Shown here: one piece after another, positions 16,839-26,704 of the stretch
Layout: each line of letters opens with the position of its first letter
Position numbering within the stretch: position 1 is the stretch's first letter
Made by a program: the position numbers and the translations under genes
From: Candidatus Obscuribacteraceae bacterium
GTDB taxonomy: Bacteria; Cyanobacteriota; Vampirovibrionia; Obscuribacterales; Obscuribacteraceae
Direction of reading: 5' to 3'
DNA: 64,000 bases
Assembly: GCA_044229845.1 (NCBI GenBank)
Contig: JBGASG010000001.1
Location: 160,001 to 224,000 of the forward strand
Notes under the pieces: generated by a model
Told to the model about the DNA's origin: nothing
What the model saw: the letters and a program-made list of their open reading frames with translations, nothing else
The model's database searches: none

Positions 16839-17561
16839 TCACAAGATCCCGGGGATCAGTCGCTTGGTCCGCTGTTTATAGAGTAAGTACGGCTCCCCAA
16901 GCTGACTGAGGCAAAATGCCTCCAGATCATTCAGGTGCCAGTTCAGCAGCACAACCGCTCCGGGTAAGGCAAAGAGCGGAACCCAGGCGGCAAAACAAAG
17001 CGGCGTTCCGACCAGAAACAGGATGCGGCCTGCCCGGTCGGGGTGTCTGATCCACTTGAACGGACCGCTCACTGCATCAAAGGCCGTCTCAGGCGCGGGC
17101 GCCTCCGATTCTGCACCAGATTTGGTACCAGAGCGCAGCGCTGCCGGGATGGTTGCATGCGTCCAGATGCGCAAACCCAGGGACGCCAGGATAATTGCTA
17201 CGCCGATGGCTCTTAAGATTGGGCTGTTCCAGTCGCCGAAGTGCAGCCTCTCGCAGAGCGCAGAGGCCGCCACATAAAGGAATAAGAACGAGGGCGTGCC
17301 CCAGCGCATCGCCCAGCGGTAGCTGGTCTGAAGACCTGAATCAATTTGTGCGCGACTGAACGCTCCGGTCAAATAGCCCTGCAGCACGGCCACAGCCGCC
17401 AGCACGTTCTCCGACCAGTTGGAAAACAGCAGCGGCCACAGGTCGAGGTGGCGCCAGACTTCCCGGTGCACGAAGAACACTGCGGTCAACACCAAAAGCC
17501 CGTTCAGAAGCCCAAGCTTGAACCCTTGCAGGGCGTCCTGCCCAGAACCGCCCGACCGCAT
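16839..17561 (-). CDS. Isoprenylcysteine carboxyl methyltransferase (ICMT/PEMT)-like membrane protein
   Basis: TM helices, GPFKWIRHP, and E...LGEPY..YK.RT.RLIPG motifs. Confidence 0.75.
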   Translation of the reverse strand: MRSGGSGQDALQGFKLGLLNGLLVLTAVFFVHREVWRHLDLWPLLFSNWSENVLAAVAVLQGYLTGAFSRAQIDSGLQTSYRWAMRWGTPSFLFLYVAASALCERLHFGDWNSPILRAIGVAIILASLGLRIWTHATIPAALRSGTKSGAESEAPAPETAFDAVSGPFKWIRHPDRAGRILFLVGTPLCFAAWVPLFALPGAVVLLNWHLNDLEAFCLSQLGEPYLLYKQRTKRLIPGIL

Positions 17562-17564
17562 GCT

Positions 17565-18185
17565 CTAGGCGGAACCCAGCACTTTCAGACTGTGGCGCAC
17601 CAGAACTTCCACATCTTGTGAGAGCTCGTTTTCCTGCGCGGTCTTGAAAGCCAGGTTGATTTCCGTAGGTGTATATCCGAGATTTTCCAGAATCGCACGC
17701 GCCTCTTCAATCGCTGGTGCACTGCCGGTGGTGGCAACGGCGCCCAGGCTGATACCGCCGCGCCGCCAGTTGTCCAGTTTGTTTTTCAATTCCAGAATAA
17801 TACGTTGTGCCACTTTCGCGCCAACCCCCGGGGCGTGGCTGAGCAACTTCTGGTCTTCGTTGGCGATGGCGTCGATGATCTGTTCGGTGCCGAGTGTGCC
17901 GACGAGGGTCAGGGCCAGCTTCGGACCGACACCGGTCACCGACTGCAAGAGGAGAAACATATCTTTGTCCGACTTGGCGGCAAACCCGTAAAGCGTGAAA
18001 TCATTTTCGCGCACGGCCAGCGACGCATATACAGTCGCCTCGCTGCCTATCTCCGGCAGGCGGGCCATAGTCTGCGGTGCTACGAGCAGTTCATATCCGA
18101 TGCCACCAACATCGATAACCAATCGATCTTGTGGACCTCCCAGAACGTCGCGACCCTGCACTGTTCCCCGGAAGAAAGCAAACAT
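17565..18185 (-). CDS. ruvA: Holliday junction branch migration protein RuvA
   Basis: VIDVGGIGYE, LYGF, VTGVGPKLAL, PGVGAKVAQRIILELK, and LENLGY. Confidence 0.97.
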   Translation of the reverse strand: MFAFFRGTVQGRDVLGGPQDRLVIDVGGIGYELLVAPQTMARLPEIGSEATVYASLAVRENDFTLYGFAAKSDKDMFLLLQSVTGVGPKLALTLVGTLGTEQIIDAIANEDQKLLSHAPGVGAKVAQRIILELKNKLDNWRRGGISLGAVATTGSAPAIEEARAILENLGYTPTEINLAFKTAQENELSQDVEVLVRHSLKVLGSA

Positions 18186-18370
18186 GTATATACCCGCGTG
18201 GTGGTTTCAGAACTCAACTGCAGTTGTTAGTTTAGTTCAAAAACTTCCAGCGCAACTCGCTCACGGGTAGCGCTGAGAATTCAAATGTTCCAATCCAACT
18301 CGAAATAAAAAAGCCGGACACCTGTGAAATGGCGATCCGGCATTTTGTAATCGGGATTTTTTAAATGAAA

Positions 18371-18444
18371 TCGGGGCGAGAGGATTTGAACCTCCGGCCT
18401 TCCGCACCCGAAACGGACGCGCTACCAAGCTGCGCTACGCCCCG
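18371..18444 (-). tRNA. tRNA-Pro(CGG)
   Basis: CGGGGCGTAGCGCAGCTTGGTAGCGC...TT-CGG-GT...GGTTCAAATCC...CGCCCCGA cloverleaf; CCA not encoded. Confidence 0.95.
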
Positions 18445-18483
18445 CTTCCTGAAATATATTAGCACGATAGCTCTCTTGACATA

Positions 18484-18510
18484 GATTAGGCGCAGGGCCT
18501 GCGCCTAATC
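18484..18510. repeat. Perfect palindrome / possible terminator
   Basis: GATTAGGCGCAGG-G-CCTGCGCCTAATC just after the GGDEF gene stop. Confidence 0.6.
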
Positions 18511-18516
18511 GTCACA

Positions 18517-19437
18517 TTACTCGGCAATTAGTGTCTGGTTGCCGCCGGTTGATTTTGCTTGATTGAGCGCCGTGCGCGCATGTGATGTGAGCACCGCCCC
18601 CTCATCATCCATGGCGGTGGTGTACTGGCATACACCGACGCTGACCGTGATGCGTATCGTCTGGTCGCCGATTGTGAAAGTGCTGGCCTGGACGGCTTCC
18701 CGCAAGCGCTCCGCAACTTCGACGGCGCCCTGCCTCTCTGTATGCGGCAGCACCATGGCAAACTCGCTGCCGCCTGAACGCGCCAGCACATCGGATTTGC
18801 GATTGCCGCGCGAGAGAATTACAGCCAGTTGCAAGAGAATAGAGTCCATGCCCTTTTGTCCGTGGGCTTTCATGATCTCTTTGCTTTGATCCGGCTCCAG
18901 AATCACCATACTCATTGTGTGCTTGTAGCGGCGGCACTGACTGAGTTCAGTCATGACAAACTCATGAAGAAACCGGGCGTTGCGAAAGGAGGTCAACGGG
19001 TCGGTGAGCTGCAACTCTTTGAGCTGGCCTTCTTTCTTGCGCAGTTCATCGCGCAGCGCTTTTTCGCGCAACACCGTCCTGACGATCGTCAGAACGTCGG
19101 TCGGCTCCAGCGGCTTCACCAGTACTGTTTGATCATCGCTGGCGTATTTGTCGATCTCCGGCAGGGCTTCTGCTTTGTTTCTCAAAAAGATAATTGGAAT
19201 GTAGCGCGTCTTTTCTTCCGCGCGCAGCCGGTTGTACACATCGACACCACTCATGAGCGGCATCGAAACATCGAGAAGAATCAGATCCGGCAAGCGCACC
19301 TTGCAAGCGGCCAGCGCTTTGAAGCCGTCGCTGGCAGTCGAAACCGCGAAACCGGCGTTTTTCATCACTTCCGCCACCAACGTGGTGTTGGCTGTTTCGT
19401 CGTCAACTATGAGGATCGATTGAGATGGTTTAGTCAC
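18517..19437 (-). CDS. REC-GGDEF response regulator (PleD/WspR-like) with a degenerate GGSEF motif
   Basis: ILIVDDE, LILLDVSMP and KP receiver motifs; TDPLT; RKSD I-site; GGSEF. Start taken as GTG at 19437 (uncertain). Confidence 0.88.
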   Translation of the reverse strand: MTKPSQSILIVDDETANTTLVAEVMKNAGFAVSTASDGFKALAACKVRLPDLILLDVSMPLMSGVDVYNRLRAEEKTRYIPIIFLRNKAEALPEIDKYASDDQTVLVKPLEPTDVLTIVRTVLREKALRDELRKKEGQLKELQLTDPLTSFRNARFLHEFVMTELSQCRRYKHTMSMVILEPDQSKEIMKAHGQKGMDSILLQLAVILSRGNRKSDVLARSGGSEFAMVLPHTERQGAVEVAERLREAVQASTFTIGDQTIRITVSVGVCQYTTAMDDEGAVLTSHARTALNQAKSTGGNQTLIAE

Positions 19438-19537
19438 TGCCAGATGACAATACTTGCGAGTGTTCGAATTGGATTGATATTGTACGTGCTCAACCGCTTC
19501 TTGGTTTCTAGCTTTTTCGTGCGCGGATATGTGCGGA

Positions 19538-19924
19538 CTAAGATTTCTTGCTCTTGACGAGCGCCGGGAAACCGACAGCGGGATGCGGAAGCCCGGCCTG
19601 CAAATCATTAAGTACCTCAGTCACGCCAGCAACAAACGTTGTCACGTCAAGCTCTGCGTACTCGGGCGCGAAAGGCTCAACCCGCGCCAATCCGCGCGTT
19701 AAGAGTTTGTGCGCGCCCACCTGGTTGTGTCGCCCCAGGTGATACAGACCGACGGCGATTTGTATCAGACCCTGGGTGAATTGTTTGTCGGGACCGGTCT
19801 GCAAATTCCACAATTTCTCCAGGACTTCATGGCATTCGAAGTACTCCTGTTCGTTGAAAAGTTGCACGCCGTGCGTGAACAGTTTTCCGGTGTCGGAGTT
19901 GGCGTCGTCCGTCACATCCGCCAC
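19538..19924 (-). CDS. DUF309 domain protein
   Basis: GVQLFN..EYFECHEVLE.LW and QGLIQIAVGLYH. Confidence 0.88.
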   Translation of the reverse strand: MADVTDDANSDTGKLFTHGVQLFNEQEYFECHEVLEKLWNLQTGPDKQFTQGLIQIAVGLYHLGRHNQVGAHKLLTRGLARVEPFAPEYAELDVTTFVAGVTEVLNDLQAGLPHPAVGFPALVKSKKS

Positions 19925-22080
19925 TAATCGAGACCGGCAAGTACGACCGTCGGGCTGTCCGGAGGCGCCGTCTCCAGCTCGGTTCTAGCCAACGCCACCA
20001 CTTGCGCTGTGTCCAGCAAACCGGAGAGATCGATGATTTTAGAACCAGTGAGCAGCATCATATTCGGTATCACTTTGCCGGCGTCGCCATAGCTGGCGTG
20101 TTCTTCCGCCAGCGCGATGATCGCCTTTTCGGCTTCGGCGGCGCGTGTCTCCCGGACAGCGCCGTTCTTGATCTGCAGCCTGATTACGCCTTTGGAATCC
20201 ATGGTGCGCAGCGCCAGATGTTTGCTCTGCAGCAAGCCGAGGAGTTTCTTGTCCATCACTACGGTGCCGAACACTTTGAAGAAGGGCGTCTCAGCCAGAA
20301 TCTCTACTTTGTCTGGAGAAACGCGCAGCGATTGAGCAACCAGCGCCAGTCGTTCTGCTTCGGGAACTTCATTGCGCGCAGTGGCGGTTTTAGTCAACCC
20401 GGCAGCACCAAAAGCGGTGGCGCGCACCACGTTCGAGCGCGAATCGACTTCGACCTGTACTTCAATCGAGGCGGCGTCGGCTCCCATTTTAAGAACAGCC
20501 TGGTAAGCCTCCTCGCGGATGGAAAGAATGTCTTCCTGGCGCGGTGTGACGATGAAACGCTCTACCGTTTCGCGCACCAGAGCCAGCGCTACTCCGATGG
20601 CCGAAACAACGTCTGCGTTCTGAGCCAGAACATGCCGCGCTTTCATATGATTGGCTACGTAAGGAACAATCGCCGCGGCGCCACCACCGCCTCCGACAAA
20701 CGTGGTGGTTTCCAGATCAAGTTTGTAGTCTTTGACGAATCTTTGAATGACGGGCATCAGCTTGTCGGTGGCTTTGGACAGCAGCCGGTCGGCGGCGCCG
20801 CTTTCGTCCGTGCCCAGTGCCTTTGCCAGAGGAGCAATCGCCGCTTTGACATTCTCTGCGTTGCCGCGGGCCGGGTCCCCCTCCGGAACCAGATTGAGCA
20901 AATTAGCCGCGCAACTGGGAGTCAGCGTCAATGAGGGCGCAGCATCGCCGTCCGCGATTGCTACATAGTCAGGCGGGTCGGATGGCTTTGGCTGAATGAG
21001 TTTCAAAGTCGGGTTGTTCAGTTTCTCGCTGAATGCTGTGTAGTGCAGACCGGCGATATGGGCGCTGCGCGGACCTACTTCTTTGATCTGGTTGCCTTCC
21101 AGTCTGGTCATCGATCCACCGGCGCAACCGACTGTTTTCACATCGAGAGAACGCAAGAACACGCGGTGCCCGCCGATTTCAGAGTCTTTGACGAGAGCCT
21201 TGCCGTTTCTTATGACTGAAATGTCGGTGGTGGTGCCGCCGACTTCCAGAAAGATGCCGTCTGAAATGTTGAGGTACATCATGGCAGCCGCCACGCCGGC
21301 AGCAGGTCCGGACAGGCGCGTCAAAATAGGCCGTTGCCGCATGGCGTCGATATCCATGACGCCTCCGTCGGAGCGCATCACCATAATCGGAGCTTTGATG
21401 CCGGCGGCGCGCACGCTGCCCTCGGTCATGTTGGCGGTGTCGATCATTTTCGGCAGCATGGCGGCGTTGATGATCGCGGTGCGAGTGCGCACGGTCAGCC
21501 CATACAGCTTGCTCACTTCTGAGCCGCTGGTGGCCATCAGTCCCATCTCGCGCGCGACGCCGACCGCAAACTGCTCGTGCTCGGGAGCATCGACACCAAA
21601 TGATTCGCTGACGGCAAAGGCTTGCGCGCCTTCGTTTTTCATTTCGGTGAACAGAGCCTGCAGTTCTTCTCTGGTCGGTTTCATTCCTGTATCGACGAAT
21701 CTGTATATTGTCTTCAGGTGTTTGCCGGGCGCCAGTTCAATTGCTTTGACGTCAGTAGACTGGCGAGACAGCATGGCGCTCAATCCGCTGCCCATGCCGA
21801 TCACGCCCACGGTGGCTACGTCGCCTTCCACCAGCGCATTGGTAGCTTGCGTCGTGCTGTGCGCGATGAATGACACCGATTGTGGTGCCAGGTTGTTATC
21901 CTTGAGCAGTTTCTCCAGTGATTGAATAATGCCCAGGGCCACGCCTTCAGGCGCGGTATGTGTGGTCGGCACTTTCGACTTGCCGATCAGCTCCAGATTT
22001 GATGCGTCGATGGCGACTGCGTGGGTGAAGGTGCCGCCCACGTCGATGCCGATGCGCACTGAGTCGAATGTGGCGGTCAT
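19924..22080 (-). CDS. Hydantoinase/oxoprolinase (HyuA-like, ATP-binding) family protein
   Basis: RIGIDVGGTFTHAV, HSTT.ATNAL, SGPAAG, EVGGTTTD and GGGGA. Confidence 0.9.
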   Translation of the reverse strand: MTATFDSVRIGIDVGGTFTHAVAIDASNLELIGKSKVPTTHTAPEGVALGIIQSLEKLLKDNNLAPQSVSFIAHSTTQATNALVEGDVATVGVIGMGSGLSAMLSRQSTDVKAIELAPGKHLKTIYRFVDTGMKPTREELQALFTEMKNEGAQAFAVSESFGVDAPEHEQFAVGVAREMGLMATSGSEVSKLYGLTVRTRTAIINAAMLPKMIDTANMTEGSVRAAGIKAPIMVMRSDGGVMDIDAMRQRPILTRLSGPAAGVAAAMMYLNISDGIFLEVGGTTTDISVIRNGKALVKDSEIGGHRVFLRSLDVKTVGCAGGSMTRLEGNQIKEVGPRSAHIAGLHYTAFSEKLNNPTLKLIQPKPSDPPDYVAIADGDAAPSLTLTPSCAANLLNLVPEGDPARGNAENVKAAIAPLAKALGTDESGAADRLLSKATDKLMPVIQRFVKDYKLDLETTTFVGGGGGAAAIVPYVANHMKARHVLAQNADVVSAIGVALALVRETVERFIVTPRQEDILSIREEAYQAVLKMGADAASIEVQVEVDSRSNVVRATAFGAAGLTKTATARNEVPEAERLALVAQSLRVSPDKVEILAETPFFKVFGTVVMDKKLLGLLQSKHLALRTMDSKGVIRLQIKNGAVRETRAAEAEKAIIALAEEHASYGDAGKVIPNMMLLTGSKIIDLSGLLDTAQVVALARTELETAPPDSPTVVLAGLD

Positions 22081-23492
22081 TTAGGAACATACCCCAGCAT
22101 GACAGCGAGGATCAGACCCAGTATCACCATCGTCCAGGCGTACGGGATAGTCTTGCGCAGCAGTACTTGCGTGTCGGTGCCAAGATACGTGGCAATCCAG
22201 ACGTTGTGAGTGTTAGTCGGATCGCAGATGCCCTGCAATTGTCCGACAGACATCAGCATACCCATGATTGCCCGTCCGCCCAGTATCTGCGTTTCTTTGA
22301 TCAAAGTAACAAGTCCGGCGCCCATTCCGAACAAACTGAAGGGCCCGCGGTAAAGCGCCAGCGGAGCGAAAATAGTGAAACCGAGGACGTAGAAAATCGG
22401 ATTTTGCGGAATGATGTGTTCGAGTAATGGCTTGATGGCGGTGGAGATCGTCGGGTGCATGACTGCATTGAGCAGCATGCCGATGCCAATCATCAAAGCT
22501 ACTGCCGGTGCCACTGTAGCGATGCCGTCGATGATTGAGCGGGTGAGGATATTGATAGATCCTTTCTGCCAGGTGACCAGCACGGCAAATGTGATGCCGA
22601 CCAGAAACGCCGGAATGATCTGCCACTGAAATGCCAGCACCAGAATCAGCGGTACCGCCGGTGACAGAAAGGCCAGCGCTGGCAGCGAGGAAGCCTTTGC
22701 ACCGTGCCGCATCATGGCGTAGCCGCAAAGCATCAGCAGCACAACACCGGCACCGACCAGTGAAGCGGGATTGGGTTCGGTGGTGGCGGCTTTAGTTGCC
22801 GCACCGAGTGATTGCCCGGCGCTCTGGTTGAATGCCGCAAAGCCGCCGCCCAACAAGAGCAATGCGAACGCTGCGTACTGCAGGTTGCGCCAGGACCATT
22901 GTTCGATGAGAAGAAACAAGACGACGACGGCGGCGATACAAGCCGTGAATGGCACTACATAGGCAACAATCTGCGGTTGCTGCAACTCCAGCACATTCAT
23001 ATATAGAGCCCAGTTGCCGAGGTTGTACATGCCGCCCAGGCTGATGCCGAACAAATAGAGCGCACCGGCGGTTGCCGCTGGAATACCGATTGAAAGCATG
23101 ACCGGCAGGACAACTGTTCCCACCATAATTACGGCTCCCAGTCCGCCCAACGATGAGAACAGAAGCGCCGTCAACAGGGTGAGCGCCACCGCCAGCACGA
23201 ACGGGCTGTCGCCGGAGAATTCCGCCACCCAGCGCACCATTGCTTTGGCGATGCCGTGGCGATTGATCAATTCGGCCAGCACGGCACCGAACATCGTGGT
23301 CGTGTACGCGGTATTAAGCTTGGTGGCGCCCTTCGTCAAGACTTCGTCGATGATGTCTTTGCCTGGAATGCCGCCGATGACGGCAATCAAAACTGCCATT
23401 ATCGGCAGCGCCAAAAGTGCCGAGACCCGGCGCGAATACATGAGCGCCGCCATGAGCAGGAAGATTGCAATACAGGCAAGTCCGACTTGCAT
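22077..23492 (-). CDS. Ion transporter superfamily permease (citrate/gluconate-like)
   Basis: About 13 TM helices and a CDPTNTHNVW motif; 4-nt overlap with the hydantoinase gene. Confidence 0.8.
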   Translation of the reverse strand: MQVGLACIAIFLLMAALMYSRRVSALLALPIMAVLIAVIGGIPGKDIIDEVLTKGATKLNTAYTTTMFGAVLAELINRHGIAKAMVRWVAEFSGDSPFVLAVALTLLTALLFSSLGGLGAVIMVGTVVLPVMLSIGIPAATAGALYLFGISLGGMYNLGNWALYMNVLELQQPQIVAYVVPFTACIAAVVVLFLLIEQWSWRNLQYAAFALLLLGGGFAAFNQSAGQSLGAATKAATTEPNPASLVGAGVVLLMLCGYAMMRHGAKASSLPALAFLSPAVPLILVLAFQWQIIPAFLVGITFAVLVTWQKGSINILTRSIIDGIATVAPAVALMIGIGMLLNAVMHPTISTAIKPLLEHIIPQNPIFYVLGFTIFAPLALYRGPFSLFGMGAGLVTLIKETQILGGRAIMGMLMSVGQLQGICDPTNTHNVWIATYLGTDTQVLLRKTIPYAWTMVILGLILAVMLGYVPK

Positions 23493-23498
23493 AGGGCT

Positions 23499-24899
23499 TT
23501 AAAAGAGCGCCTCAACAAACATTCTTGGGTCGAACAGTCTCAGGTCGTCGATCTTCTCACCGAGACCGATCAACTTCACGGGCAACTTCAAGTCGCGGGC
23601 GATGCTGAAAACAATGCCGCCTTTGGCGCTGCCGTCCAGTTTAGTGAGAACCACGCCGGTGAGTGGGCAGAACTCGGCGAACACCTTCGCTTGCTGCAAT
23701 CCGTTTTGCCCGGTGGAGGCATCGATTACGAGCAGCGATTCGATGTGGGCGTTGCCGGCTTGCTTGTCGACGACTGAGCGGACTTTCTTCAATTCGGCCA
23801 TCAAGTTGGCTTTGTTGTGCAGGCGTCCGGCTGTGTCGATGATCAATATCTCGTAATTTTCGGCGGTTGCTTTTTGAATTGCCTGGTAGACGACCGCGCC
23901 TGGGTCCGCACCTTCCGGCAGTCTGACTATATCGACTCCGGCGCGTTCAGCCCAGATTTCCAGCTGGGTCTCAGCGGCAGCCCGGAAGGTGTCTCCGGCG
24001 GCCAGCAGCACGCGACGCCCTTGTTGTTTGAGGCGCCAGCAAAGTTTGCCGATGCTGGTGGTTTTGCCGGTGCCGTTGACGCCGACGACGAGAACTATAT
24101 TCAAACGATCCTGGTGCAGTTTCAGCTCAGACGAGGGCGCCGTCGCCAGCATGCTTTCGAACTCTCGCCGCAGGAATGCCTCTACGTTATGCGAGTTCCA
24201 GTTCTTCTGTTTTGCTTCCCGGCGCAGATCGCTGACGATGGTTTCGACATTCTTCAAGCCGATGTCCGCTTTGATCAGTTTCTCCTCCAGATCTTCCAGG
24301 TAGTCATCGTCGATGGCTCTGCCTGGATGTGCCGGACGGGGAGGCTGGCTCGGTGCGCTGGGTGCCGGTTTTGGGGCCGGCGCCGGTTCCGGTTTGGCTT
24401 CCGGCTTGGGCTCGGGTTTTGGTGCCGGCGGTGGCGGCGTTGTGTCGGCCGGCGGCAGCGGTGCCGGGCTGGCTGCCACCGGATCTGGTGCAGGCAGCGG
24501 TGTCGAGATGGGCACTGGATTTAATGGCGCCGCCTGTTCCAGCGGAGTCAGGGGAGCAGTTTCGATGGGCTCCATCGGCTCGGGGCGCGTGACCGGCGGC
24601 TGCGGTTCCGGCGTCGGCTCGGCAGCCGCTGACTGCTCTTCGTGCGGCGGCGGCGGTGGCAACGGCGGCGACGCGATGGATGGAATTTGTTCCGCCACCA
24701 TTTCTGTCAGCGCTTGTTGCACCTGGGCAACCGGCTCCGCTTCTGTTTCCGCAATCGGCTCACCGGCAGCACTGGGGTCTTCTTCATCGCGGTCTACGAC
24801 AGCATCGACCAGCACCGATTTGGTTTTCGAGAGGGCGCCCTTCAACTTAGAAAGCGTCGCTCCCCACCAGCCGCTTTGCTTTTCTTGTTGGTCATCCAT
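23499..24899 (-). CDS. ftsY: Signal recognition particle receptor FtsY with a Pro/Glu-rich N-terminal domain
   Basis: GVNGTGKTT, DTFRAAA, DTAGR and TKLDGSAKGG. Confidence 0.97.
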   Translation of the reverse strand: MDDQQEKQSGWWGATLSKLKGALSKTKSVLVDAVVDRDEEDPSAAGEPIAETEAEPVAQVQQALTEMVAEQIPSIASPPLPPPPPHEEQSAAAEPTPEPQPPVTRPEPMEPIETAPLTPLEQAAPLNPVPISTPLPAPDPVAASPAPLPPADTTPPPPAPKPEPKPEAKPEPAPAPKPAPSAPSQPPRPAHPGRAIDDDYLEDLEEKLIKADIGLKNVETIVSDLRREAKQKNWNSHNVEAFLRREFESMLATAPSSELKLHQDRLNIVLVVGVNGTGKTTSIGKLCWRLKQQGRRVLLAAGDTFRAAAETQLEIWAERAGVDIVRLPEGADPGAVVYQAIQKATAENYEILIIDTAGRLHNKANLMAELKKVRSVVDKQAGNAHIESLLVIDASTGQNGLQQAKVFAEFCPLTGVVLTKLDGSAKGGIVFSIARDLKLPVKLIGLGEKIDDLRLFDPRMFVEALF

Positions 24900-24922
24900 A
24901 TCGATACGTTATGCACCCATCA

Positions 24923-25660
24923 TCATGTCGGTAATCTTCGCACCGGCTCGCGACCTTCTGCCTCGGTGGTATCATCCGCGGAGGCAGTGCGACTTTCTTG
25001 CCGCTGCTGTTTCGCGTGCTCTGACAGCTCGCCGAGCACGCCGTTGATGAACTTTGCAGCTTTGTCGTCGGCGAAACGGTGGGATAACTCGACCGCCTCG
25101 CTGATTGCTACTTTAATCGGCACATCCGGCATGAAAAAAGCTTCCGCGCAGGCCAGACGCAAAATATCGCGGTCGATGGAGACCATGCGTTCGAGCCGCC
25201 ATTTTTGCTTGACGTCGCTGATGTACTTATCGATCTGGGTTTTATGATCGAGATAGGTTGACACGAGGCGATAAAGAAACACGCGCGCCTCTGTCTCTCG
25301 TTGCGGACCCAGCTGTGCCGTCACCTCGGGCAGGTCCAGCGCCTCGGAGATGAGGTGCATGGCGCGTTCCAGCAGTTCTGTTTGCTGGCGCAACTGACCG
25401 GTCGTCACCGGCACCGGTTTCATGTCGTCAATGGTGTGGTCGTTTTCAGGATGCTCGACTTCGTACTCTGCAAGTTCAGCCTGGGCTTTCAAAACCATGC
25501 CATTGGCATCAGCCAGACATTGCTTGGCATAATCAGCCAGCATCTGGACAGCCCTGGTAGCCAGGTCGTCAAACTCAAGCCGGTCCAGCTTCGTCTTGTC
25601 CTTGGGAAGCTGGGGAAGCATGATTACTGCAAGTTCGCGGGCGATGCGTCTGGCGCTCAT
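24923..25660 (-). CDS. nusB: Transcription antitermination factor NusB (long, cyanobacterial type)
   Basis: RRIARELA, W.LERM..IDRDILRLA, AISEAVEL and KFINGVL. Confidence 0.93.
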   Translation of the reverse strand: MSARRIARELAVIMLPQLPKDKTKLDRLEFDDLATRAVQMLADYAKQCLADANGMVLKAQAELAEYEVEHPENDHTIDDMKPVPVTTGQLRQQTELLERAMHLISEALDLPEVTAQLGPQRETEARVFLYRLVSTYLDHKTQIDKYISDVKQKWRLERMVSIDRDILRLACAEAFFMPDVPIKVAISEAVELSHRFADDKAAKFINGVLGELSEHAKQQRQESRTASADDTTEAEGREPVRRLPT

Positions 25661-25743
25661 ATGATCCGCATTTCAATATCAATAGAAACAGATGAATGCA
25701 CATGTTACCATGCTTGCGCTCGCAACCATGGACAGGTGGCAAT

Positions 25744-26304
25744 TTGCGAATCACGGGCGGGGATGCCAGAGGTCGATCAGTTGAGGCTCCTGAGGGACTG
25801 GAAGTGCGTCCCACCGGCGCCAAAGTCCGTCAGGCATTGTTTAACATTCTCGGCAGTCGCGTACCGGGTGCGCGTTTCTTAGATTTGTGCGCGGGTTCGG
25901 GACTGATGGGGCTGGAGGCGCTCAGCCGCGGCGCAAAGAGTCTGATTGCAGTCGAAGAAAATCGCAAAATGTCTCGCATCATCGAAGGGAATGTGAAGCA
26001 TCTCGGTTACCAGGCTGAAGTGATTACCGCCGATGTACGCAAAGTGATACCGATTCTCGAAGAGCGCTGCTTCGACATCGTCTTTGCCGACCCGCCCTAC
26101 AAGAGTCAACTGGCGTCGACAGTGGTCTCTATGATCGGCAAACACCAGTTGCTTTCAGACGCTGGTGTGTTGATGGTAGAACACGACCGCGCACTAGCAA
26201 TGCCCGACGCCACCGACTCGCTGGTGCTGGTCGACAGGCGAGTCTATGGGCAGACGGCAATATCTTTTTACGGGTACGACGGAAATGAGATCGACAATGA
26301 GTGA
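25744..26304 (+). CDS. rsmD: 16S rRNA (guanine966-N2)-methyltransferase
   Basis: LRITGG..RG, RPT..KVRQALFNIL, FLDLCAGSG, EALSRGA and DPPY. Confidence 0.93.
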   Translation: MRITGGDARGRSVEAPEGLEVRPTGAKVRQALFNILGSRVPGARFLDLCAGSGLMGLEALSRGAKSLIAVEENRKMSRIIEGNVKHLGYQAEVITADVRKVIPILEERCFDIVFADPPYKSQLASTVVSMIGKHQLLSDAGVLMVEHDRALAMPDATDSLVLVDRRVYGQTAISFYGYDGNEIDNE

Positions 26305-26680
26305 TACGAAAAACATCATCGGCGCCAGCCGCGTAGTTGACTGGTTCGGCGAATGGCCTGACTTCGCCGAATCGCAAGTTCTGGAGATACATCTGGCGCG
26401 TGACGAAGATTCATGGCTGAAGCTGCGCACTCCGGAGAGTCCCGAAAAAGCTGCCACCGGCCGCGGTGCCGCCAAAACCGCCTTCGTGACCTTTTACTTC
26501 AACGGTGTCACCAACGCCGACTTGCAAAACTTCAATCAACAAAGCGTAGTCTCAGCCCTGGAAGTAGAGATGGCAGGCGATGAAATTCGAGTCACGCTGA
26601 AAGAGTCGAAAACCGGACTACACGGCAGCATCACCGCCGGCAAACTCTCAGTCGGAGTTTCCACCCAAATGCCGCTATGA
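26297..26680 (+). CDS. Imm50-like immunity protein
   Basis: GA..VVDWFGEWPDF and L..FNQQ.V resemble the Imm50 pattern from memory; overlaps the rsmD stop. Confidence 0.6.
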   Translation: MSDTKNIIGASRVVDWFGEWPDFAESQVLEIHLARDEDSWLKLRTPESPEKAATGRGAAKTAFVTFYFNGVTNADLQNFNQQSVVSALEVEMAGDEIRVTLKESKTGLHGSITAGKLSVGVSTQMPL

Positions 26681-26704
26681 TGATTTGGAGGGATCCCGTT
26701 TTGC

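Noticed and set aside
18300..18444. tRNA-Pro and tRNA-Ser (34156-34245) as island integration sites
   Set aside because: I noticed no integrase and no duplicated tRNA 3' end in the window.
24300..24700. Pro-rich repeats in the FtsY N-terminus
   Set aside because: A variable acidic or Pro-rich A-domain is a known feature of FtsY.
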